In this document: positions 54,661 through 64,000 of the stretch, in pieces
Layout: each line of letters starts with the position of its first letter
How positions within the stretch are numbered: position 1 is the stretch's first letter
From: Eledone cirrhosa
Lineage: Eukaryota
Length of the DNA: 64,000 bases
Reading direction: 5' to 3'
Assembly (NCBI GenBank): GCA_964016885.1
Contig: OZ024740.1
Coordinates: 19,964,001 to 20,028,000, forward strand
Made by a program: the position numbers and the translations under genes
The notes under the pieces: model-generated
Databases searched by the model: none
What the model saw: the letters and a program-made list of their open reading frames with translations, nothing else
Told to the model about the DNA's origin: nothing

Positions 54661-57600
54661 ACAACTGATGCAGTGTCTCAACAGCTAACAACTGATGCAG
54701 TGATTCGACATCTAACAACTGATACGGTGTCCACGCAGGTAACAACTGATGCAGTGTCCTCTCGACAGGTAACAACTGATGAAGTGTCCTCTCGACAGCT
54801 AACAACTGATGCAATGTCCTCTAAACAGCAAACAACTTATGCAGTGTCCTCTCGACAGCTAACAACTGATGCAGTGTCCTCTCGACAGCTAACAACTGAT
54901 GCAGTGTCCCGTCAGCTAACAACTGATGCAGTGTCTCGACATCTAACAAATGATGCAGTGTCCCAATAGCTAACAACTGATGCAGTGTCCTCTCGACAGC
55001 TAACAACTGATGCAGTGTCCCGACAGCTAACAACTGATGCAGTGTCCTCTCGACAGCTAACAACTGATGCAGTGTCCTCTCGACATCTAACAACTGATGC
55101 AGTGTCCCGACAGCTAACAACTGATGCAGTGTCCCCTCGACAGCTAACAACTGATGCAGTGTCCTCTCGACAGCTAACAACTGATGCAGTGTCCCGAGAG
55201 CTAACAACTGATGCAGTGTCCTCTCGACAGCTAATAACTGATGCAGTGTCCCGACAGCTAACAACTGATGCAGTGTCCTCTCGAAAGATAACAACTGATG
55301 CAGTGTCCCGACAGCTAACAACTGATGCAGTGTCCCGACAGCTAACAACTGATGAAGTGTCCTCTCGACAGCTAACAACTGATGCAGTGATTTGACATCT
55401 AACAACTGATGCAGTGTCCTCTCGACAGCTAACAACTGATGCAGTGTCCTCTCGACAGCTAACAACTGATGCAGTGTCTCGACAGCTAACAACTGATGCA
55501 GTGTCTCGACAGCTAACAACTGATGCAGTGTCCTCTCGACAGCTAACAACTGATGCAGTGTCCTCTCGACAGCTAACACCTGATGCAGTGTCTCAAGAGC
55601 TAACAACTGATGCAGTGTCCCGACAGCTAACAACTGATGCAGTGTCAACTCGACAGCTAACAACTGATGCAGTGTCCTCTCGACAGCTAACAACTGATGC
55701 AGTGCCTCGACAGCTAACAACTGATGTAGTGTCCTCTCGACAGCTAACAACCTATGCAGTGTCCCGACAGCTAACAACTGATGCAGTGCCTCGACAGCTA
55801 ACAACTGCTGCAGTGTCCCGACAGCTAACAACTGATGCAGTGTCTCGACAGCTAACAACTGATGCAGTGTCCTCTCGACAGCTAACAACTGATGCAGTGT
55901 CCCAACAGCTAACAACTGATGCAGTGTCCTCTCGAAAGCTAAAAACTGATGCAGTGTCCTCTCGACAGCTAACAACTGATGCAGTGTCTCGAAATCTAAC
56001 CACTGATGCAGTGTCCCGACAGCTAACAACTGATGCAGTGTCCTCTCGACAGCTAACAACTGATGCAGTCTCCTGACAGCTGACAACTGATGCAGTGTCC
56101 CGACAGCTAACAACTGATGCAGTGTCTCGACAGCTAACAACTGATGCAGTGACCCGACAGCTAACAACTGATGCAGTGATTCGACATCTAACCACTGATG
56201 CAGTGTCCTCTCGACAGCTAACAACTGATGCAGTGTCCTCTCGAAAGCTAAAAACTGATGCAGTGTCCTCTCGACAGCTAACAACTGATGCAGTGTCCTC
56301 TCGACAGCTAACAACTGATGCAGTGTCCTCTCGACAGCTAACATCTGATGCAGTGTCTCGACAGCTAACAACTGATGCAGTGTCTCGACAGCTAACAACT
56401 GATGCAGTGTCTCGACAGCTAAACAACTGATGCAGTGTCTCGACAGCTAACAACTGATGCAGTGTCCTTCCGACAGCTAACAACTAATGCAGTGTCCCGA
56501 CAGCTAACAACTGATGTAGTGTCTCGACAGCTAACAACTGATGCAGTGACCCGACAGCTAACAACTGATGCAGTGATTCGACATCTAACCACTGATGCAG
56601 TGTCCTCTCGACAGCTAACAACTGATGCAGTGTCCTCCCGACAGCTAACAACTGATGCAGTGTCCTCTCGAAAGCTAAAAACTGATGCAGTGTCCTCTCG
56701 ACAGCTAACAACTGATGCAGTGTCCTCTCGACAGCTAACAACTGATGCAGTGTCCTCTCGACAGCTAACAACTGATGCAGTGTCCTCTCGACAGCTAACA
56801 ACTGATGCAGTGTCCTCTCGACAGGTAACAACTGATGAAGTGTCCTCTCGACAGCTAACAACTGATGCAATGTCCTCTATACAGCTAACAACTTATGCAG
56901 TGTCCTCTCGACAGCTAACAACTGATGCAGTGTCCTCTCGACAGCTAACAACTGATGCAGTGTCCCGACAGCTAACGACTGATGCAGTGTCTCGACATCT
57001 AACAACTGATGCAGTGTCCCAATAGCTAACAACTGATGCAGTGTCCTCTCGACAGCTAACAACTGATGAAGTGTCTCGACAGCTAACAACTGATGCAGTG
57101 TCCTCTCGACAGCTAACAACTGATGCAGTGTCCTCTCGACAGCTAACAACTGATGCAGTGTCCTCTCGACAGCTAACAACTGATGAAGTGTCCTCTCGAC
57201 AGCTAACAACTGATACAGTGTCTCGACAGCTAACAACTGATGCAGTGTCCCGAAAGCTAACAACTGATGCAGTGTCTCGAGAAGCTAACAACTGATGCAG
57301 TGTCCCGAAAGCTAACAACTGATGCAGTGTCTCAAGAGTTAACAACTGATGCAGTGTCCCGACAGCTAACAACTGATGCAGTGTCAACTCGACAGCTAAT
57401 CACTGATGCAGTGTCCTCTCGACAGCTAACAACTGATGCAGTGTCTCAAGAGTTAACAACTGATGCAGTGTCCCGACAGCTAACAACCTATGCAGTGTCC
57501 CGACATCTAACAACTCATGCAGTGCCTCGACAGCTAACAACTGCTGCAGTGTCCCGACAGCTAACAACTGATGCAGTGTCTCGACAGCTAACAACTGATG

Positions 57601-57989
57601 CAGTGTCCTCTCGACAGCTAACAACTGATGCAGTGTCCCAACAGCTAACAACTGATGCAGTGTCCTCTCGAAAGCTAACAACTGATGCAGTGTCTCGAAA
57701 TCTAACAACTGATGCAGTGTCCCGACAGCTAACAACTGATGCAGTGTCCTCTCGACAGCTAACAACTGATGCAGTGTCCTGACAGCTGACAACTGAGGCA
57801 GTGTCCCGACAGCTAACAACTGATGCAGTGTCTCAACAGCTAACAACTGATGCAGTGACCCGACAGCTAACAACTGATGCAGTGATTCGACATCTAACCA
57901 CTGATGCAGTGTCCTCTGGACAGCTAACAACTGATGCAGTGTCCCGACAGCTAACAACTGATGCAGTGTCTCGAAATCTAACAACTGAT

Positions 57990-60900
57990 GCAGTGTCTCG
58001 ACAGCTAACAACTGATGCAGTGTCCTCTCGACAGCTAACAACTGATGAAGTGTCCTCTCGACAGCTAACAACTGATGAAGTGTCCTCTCGACAGCTAACA
58101 ACTGATGAAGTGTCTCGACAGCTAACAACTGATGCAGTGTCCTCTCGACAGCTAACAACTGATGCAGTGTCCCGACAGCTAACAACTGATGCAGTGTCCT
58201 CTCGACAGCTAACAACTGATGAATTATCCTCTCGACAGCTAACAACTGATGCAGTGTCCCGACAGCTAACAACTGATGCAGTGTCCTCTCGACAGCTAAC
58301 AACTGATGCAGTGTCCTCTCGACAGCTAACAACTGATGAAGTGTCCTCTCGACAGCTAACAACTGATGAAGTGTCCTCTCGACAGCGAACAACTGATGCA
58401 GTGTCCTCTCGACAGCTAACAACTGATGAAGTGTCCTCTCGACAGCTAACAACTGATGCAGTGTCTAGACAGCTAACAACTGATGCAGTGTCCTCTCGAC
58501 AGCTAACAACTGATGCAGTGTCCTCTCGACAGCTAACAACTGATGCAGTGTCCTCTCGACAGCTAACAACTGATGCAGTGTCTCGACAGCTAACAACTGA
58601 TGCAGTGTCCTCTCGACAGCTAACAACTGATGCAGTGTCCTCTCGACAGCTAACAACTGATGCAGTGTCCTCTCGACATCTAACAACTGATGCAGTGTCC
58701 TCTCGACAGCTAACAACTGATGAAGTGTCTCGACAGCTAACAACTGATGCAGTGTCCTCTCGACAGCTAACAACTGATGCAGTGTCCTCTCGACAGCTAA
58801 CAACTGATGCAGTGTCCTCTCGACAGCTAACAACTGATGCAGTGTCCCGACAGCTAACAACTGATGCAGTGTCCCGACAACTAACAACTGATGCAGTGTC
58901 CTCTCGACAGCTAACAACTGATGCAGTGTCCTCTCGACAGCTAACAACTGATGCAGTGTCCTCTCGACAGCTAACAACTGATGAAGTGTCCTCTCGACAG
59001 CTAACAACTGATGCAGTGTCTCGACAGCTAACAACTGATGCAGTGTCCTCTCGACAGCTAACAACTGATGCAGTGTCCTCTCGACAGCTAACAACTGATG
59101 CAGTGTCCTCTCGACAGCTAACAACTGATGCAGTGTCTCGACAGCTAACAACTGATGCAGTGTCCTCTCGACAGCTAACAACTGATGCAGTGTCCTCTCG
59201 ACAGCTAACAACTGATGCAGTGTCCTCTCGACATCTAACAACTGATGCAGTGTCCTCTCGACAGCTAACAACTGATGCAGTGTCCCGACAGCTAACAACT
59301 CATGCAGTGTCCTCTCGACAGCTAACAACTGATGCAGTGTCCTCTCGACAGCTAACAACTGATGCAGTGTCCTCTCGACAGCTAACAAATGATGAAGTGT
59401 CTCGACAGCTAACAACTGATGCAGTGTCCTCTCGACAGCTAACAACTGATGCAGTGTCCCGACAGCTAACAACTGATGCAGTGTTCTCTCGACAGCTAAC
59501 AACTGATGCAGTGTCCTCTCGACAGCTAACAACTGATGCAGTGTCCTCTCGACAGCTAACAACTGATGAAGTGTCCTCTCGACAGCTAACAACTGATGAA
59601 GTGTCCTCTCGACAGCTAACAACTGATGCAGTGTCCTCTCGACAGCTAACAACTGATGAAGTGTCCTCTCGACAGCTAACAACTGATGCAGTGTCTCGAC
59701 AGCTAACAACTGATGCAGTGTCCTCTCGACAGCTAACAACTGATGCAGTGTCCTCTCGACAGCTAACAACTGATGCAGTGTCCTCTCGACAGCTAACAAC
59801 TGATGCAGTGTCTCGACAGCTAACAACTGATGCAGTGTCCTCTCGACAGCTAACAACTGATGCAGTGTCCTCTCGACAGCTAACAACTGATGCAGTGTCC
59901 TCTCGACATCTAACAACTGATGCAGTGTCCTCTCGACAGCTAACAACTGATGAAGTGTCTCGACAGCTAACAACTGATGCAGTGTCCTCTCGACAGCTAA
60001 CAACTGATGCAGTGTCCTCTCGACAGCTAACAACTGATGCAGTGTCCTCTCGACAGCTAACAACTGATGCAGTGTCCTCTCGACAGCTAACAACTGATGA
60101 AGTGTCCTCTCGACAGCTAACAACTGATGAAGTGTCCTCTCGACAGCTAACAACTGATGAAGTGTCTCGACAGCTAACAACTGATGCAGTGTCCTCTCGA
60201 CAGCTAACAACTGATGAAGTGTCCTCTCGACAGCTAACAACTGATGAAGTGTCTCGACAGCTAACAACTGATGCAGTGTCCTCTCGACAGCTAACAACTG
60301 ATGCAGTGTCCCGACAGCTAACAACTGATGCAGTGTCCTCTCGACAGCTAACAACTGATGAAGTATCCTCTCGACAGCTAACAACTGATGCAGTGTCCCG
60401 ACAGCTAACAACTGATGCAGTGTCCTCTCGACAGCTAACAACTGATGCAGTGTCCTCTCGACAGCTAACAACTGATGAAGTGTCCTCTCGACAGCTAACA
60501 ACTGATGAAGTGTCCTCTCGACAGCTAACAACTGATGCAGTGTCCTCTCGACAGCTAACAACTGATGAAGTGTCCTCTCGACAGCTAACAACTGATGCAG
60601 TGTCTCGACAGCTAACAACTGATGCAGTGTCCTCTCGACAGCTAACAACTGATGCAGTGTCCTCTCGACAGCTAACAACTGATGCAGTGTCCTCTCGACA
60701 GCTAACAACTGATGCAGTGTCCTCTCGACAGCTAACAACTGATGCAGTGTCTCGACAGCTAACAACTGATGCAGTGTCCTCTCGACAGCTAACAACTGAT
60801 GCAGTGTCCTCTCGACATCTAACAACTGATGCAGTGTCCTCTCGACAGCTAACAACTGATGAAGTGTCTCGACAGCTAACAACTGATGCAGTGTCCTCTC

Positions 60901-61140
60901 GACAGCTAACAACTGATGAAGTGTCTCGACATCTAACAACTGATGCAGTGTCCTCTCGACAGCTAACAACTGATGCAGTGTCTTCTCGACAGCTAACAAC
61001 TGATGAAGTGTCTCGACAGCTAACAACTGATGCAGTGTCCTCTCGACAGCTAACAACTGATGCAGTTTCCTCTCGACAGCTAACAACTGATGCAGTGTCT
61101 CGACAGCTAACAACTGATGCAGTGTCTCGACAGCTAACAA
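57990..61140 (+). repeat. Homogeneous 30-mer/TGATGAAGTG sub-array (copy 2); a third copy starts at ~62950 and runs off the window
   Basis: Same variant order as 51370-54660, including 'gaattatcc', 'tctagac', 'ccgacaacta', 'actcatgca' and 'gaagtatcc'. Confidence 0.85.
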
Positions 61141-64000
61141 CTGATGCAGTGTCTCAACAGCTAACAACTGATGCAGTGATTCGACATCTAACAACTGATA
61201 CGGTGTCCACGCAGGTAACAACTGATGCAGTGTCCTCTCGACAGGTAACAACTGATGAAGTGTCCTCTCGACAGCTAACAACTGATGCAATGTCCTCTAA
61301 ACAGCTAACAACTTATGCAGTGTCCTCTCGACAGCTAACAACTGATGCAGTGTCCTCTCGACAGCTAACAACTGATGCAGTGTCCCGTCAGCTAACAACT
61401 GATGCAGTGTCTCGACATCTAACAAATGATGCAGTGTCCCAATAGCTAACAACTGATGCAGTGTCCTCTCGACAGCTAACAACTGATGCAGTGTCCCGAC
61501 AGCTAACAACTGATGCAGTGTCCTCTCGACAGCTAACAACTGATGCAGTGTCCTCTCGACAGCTAACAACTGATGCAGTGTCCCGACAGCTAACAACTGA
61601 TGCAGTGTCCCCTCGACAGCTAACAACTGATGCAGTGTCCTCTCGACAGCTAACAACTGATGCAGTGTCCCGAGAGCTAACAACTGATGCAGTGTCCTCT
61701 CGACAGCTAATAACTGATGCAGTGTCCCGACAGCTAACAACTGATGCAGTGTCCTCTCGAAAGCTAACAACTGATGCAGTGTCCCGACAGCTAACAACTG
61801 ATGCAGTGTCCCGACAGCTAACAACTGATGAAGTGTCCTCTCGACAGCTAACAACTGATGCAGTGATTTGACATCTAACAACTGATGCAGTGTCCTCTCG
61901 ACAGCTAACAACTGATGCAGTGTCCTCTCGACAGCTAACAACTGATGCAGTGTCTCGACAGCTAACAACTGATGCAGTGTCTCGACAGCTAACAACTGAT
62001 GCAGTGTCCTCTCGACAGCTAACAACTGATGCAGTGTCCTCTCGACAGCTAACACCTGATGCAGTGTCTCAAGAGCTAACAACTGATGCAGTGTCCCGAC
62101 AGCTAACAACTGATGCAGTGTCAACTCGACAGCTAACAACTGATGCAGTGTCCTCTCGACAGCTAACAACTGATGCAGTGCCTCGACAGCTAACAACTGA
62201 TGCAGTGTCCCGAAAGCTAACAACTGATGCAGTGTCTCGAGAAGCTAACAACTGATGCAGTGTCCCGAAAGCTAACAACTGATGCAGTGTCTCAAGAGTT
62301 AACAACTGATGCAGTGTCCCGACAGCTAACAACTGATGCAGTGTCAACTCGACAGCTAATCACTGATGCAGTGTCCTCTCGACAGCTAACAACTGATGCA
62401 GTGTCTCAAGAGTTAACAACTGATGCAGTGTCCCGACAGCTAACAACCTATGCAGTGTCCCGACATCTAACAACTCATGCAGTGCCTCGACAGCTAACAA
62501 CTGCTGCAGTGTCCCGACAGCTAACAACTGATGCAGTGTCTCGACAGCTAACAACTGATGCAGTGTCCTCTCGACAGCTAACAACTGATGCAGTGTCCCA
62601 ACAGCTAACAACTGATGCAGTGTCCTCTCGAAAGCTAACAACTGATGCAGTGTCTCGAAATCTAACAACTGATGCAGTGTCCCGACAGCTAACAACTGAT
62701 GCAGTGTCCTCTCGACAGCTAACAACTGATGCAGTGTCCTGACAGCTGACAACTGAGGCAGTGTCCCGACAGCTAACAACTGATGCAGTGTCTCAACAGC
62801 TAACAACTGATGCAGTGACCCGACAGCTAACAACTGATGCAGTGATTCGACATCTAACCACTGATGCAGTGTCCTCTGGACAGCTAACAACTGATGCAGT
62901 GTCCCGACAGCTAACAACTGATGCAGTGTCTCGAAATCTAACAACTGATGCAGTGTCTCGACAGCTAACAACTGATGCAGTGTCCTCTCGACAGCTAACA
63001 ACTGATGAAGTGTCCTCTCGACAGCTAACAACTGATGAAGTGTCCTCTCGACAGCTAACAACTGATGAAGTGTCTCGACAGCTAACAACTGATGCAGTGT
63101 CCTCTCGACAGCTAACAACTGATGCAGTGTCCCGACAGCTAACAACTGATGCAGTGTCCTCTCGACAGCTAACAACTGATGAATTATCCTCTCGACAGCT
63201 AACAACTGATGCAGTGTCCCGACAGCTAACAACTGATGCAGTGTCCTCTCGACAGCTAACAACTGATGCAGTGTCCTCTCGACAGCTAACAACTGATGAA
63301 GTGTCCTCTCGACAGCTAACAACTGATGAAGTGTCCTCTCGACAGCGAACAACTGATGCAGTGTCCTCTCGACAGCTAACAACTGATGAAGTGTCCTCTC
63401 GACAGCTAACAACTGATGCAGTGTCTAGACAGCTAACAACTGATGCAGTGTCCTCTCGACAGCTAACAACTGATGCAGTGTCCTCTCGACAGCTAACAAC
63501 TGATGCAGTGTCCTCTCGACAGCTAACAACTGATGCAGTGTCTCGACAGCTAACAACTGATGCAGTGTCCTCTCGACAGCTAACAACTGATGCAGTGTCC
63601 TCTCGACAGCTAACAACTGATGCAGTGTCCTCTCGACATCTAACAACTGATGCAGTGTCCTCTCGACAGCTAACAACTGATGAAGTGTCTCGACAGCTAA
63701 CAACTGATGCAGTGTCCTCTCGACAGCTAACAACTGATGCAGTGTCCTCTCGACAGCTAACAACTGATGCAGTGTCCTCTCGACAGCTAACAACTGATGC
63801 AGTGTCCCGACAGCTAACAACTGATGCAGTGTCCCGACAACTAACAACTGATGCAGTGTCCTCTCGACAGCTAACAACTGATGCAGTGTCCTCTCGACAG
63901 CTAACAACTGATGCAGTGTCCTCTCGACAGCTAACAACTGATGAAGTGTCCTCTCGACAGCTAACAACTGATGCAGTGTCTCGACAGCTAACAACTGATG

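Larger units (their letters stand above)
1..64000 (+). repeat. Tandem satellite/minisatellite array of mixed 27-bp and 30-bp monomers, consensus CAGTGTC[CTC]TCGACAGCTAACAACTGATG, all in one orientation
   Basis: Positions 1-30 read CAGTGTCCTCTCGACAGCTAACAACTGATG (50% GC). This unit or its 27-bp forms (CAGTGTCTCGA.../CAGTGTCCCGA...) recurs without a gap to position 64000. Every ORF in the track is a translation of this unit. Confidence 0.99.
42715..64000 (+). repeat. Right domain: irregular 4.4-7.9-kb HORs (offsets 4432, 7877/7847, 6623/6476, 4960)
   Basis: Offsets: 43786/48218, 44156/48588 and 44762/49194 (4432); 47108/54985 and 47537/55414 (7877); 51178/57801 (6623); 54985/61461 (6476); 57267/62227 (4960). 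Domain-specific variants are 'caagagtt', 'tctggacag', 'gtggcccg', 'gaattatcc' and 'gatacggtg'. Confidence 0.88.

Noticed and set aside
1-64000. Protein-coding genes (all ORFs in the track; a mucin-like or repeat surface protein)
   Set aside because: Three of six frames are open only because the 27/30-bp consensus lacks stops in them. Stops (TGA, TAA, TAG) and +1 frameshifts are amplified throughout, many variants are nonsynonymous, and there is no unique domain, signal peptide or credible start.
1-64000. CRISPR array (25-bp partly palindromic repeat plus spacers)
   Set aside because: The spacers are only 2-5 bp and come from a few related variants. There are no unique 25-45-bp spacers, no leader and no cas genes.
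1-64000. Telomerase-synthesised telomeric repeat (long yeast-type unit)
   Set aside because: No strongly G-rich strand or GGG/GGTGT-type core, and kb-scale inherited variant patterns indicate recombinational copying rather than templated addition. A subtelomeric location is not excluded.
1-64000. Pure artefact (rolling-circle, PCR concatemer or synthetic DNA)
   Set aside because: Hierarchically shared and private variants with domain-specific lineages fit natural evolution. Individual kb-scale duplications could still be assembly errors and need read support.
1-64000. Embedded transposon, inversion or unique island
   Set aside because: None was seen on reading through, and the ORF track shows only repeat-derived peptides in a constant orientation. 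A very short insertion could have been missed by eye.

Overview
The whole 64-kb window is one uninterrupted, head-to-tail tandem array (satellite/minisatellite DNA) that runs off both ends. It holds roughly 2,200-2,300 monomers (estimate: 64,000/~28.5). Each monomer is a near-constant 25-bp core, GACAGCTAACAACTGATGCAGTGTC, plus a short linker of 2 bp (TC or CC; 27-mer) or 5 bp (CTCTC and variants; 30-mer). I found no unique sequence, inversion, RNA gene, mobile element or credible gene. The ORFs (RQLTTDAVSS / LAVERTLHQL / SCREDTASVV) arise because both monomer lengths are multiples of 3, and they are broken by stops and +1 frameshifts that have been copied many times. The order of variant monomers reveals nested higher-order repeats (168, 339, 1021, 1101, 1443, 3203, 3619, 4407, 4432, 4960, 6623 and 7877 bp offsets) and three domains with their own diagnostic variants (left ~1-22.3 kb, central ~22.3-42.7 kb, right ~42.7-64 kb). 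The main points of interest are the palindromic monomer design, the 27/30 pattern, CpG-decay and C>A mutational signatures, and one probable long-range gene-conversion event. The sequence does not support a new protein-coding or CRISPR-like system. The host cannot be identified; a eukaryote is likely but this is inference. HOR offsets were read from matching ORF ends and marker variants; block boundaries are approximate.
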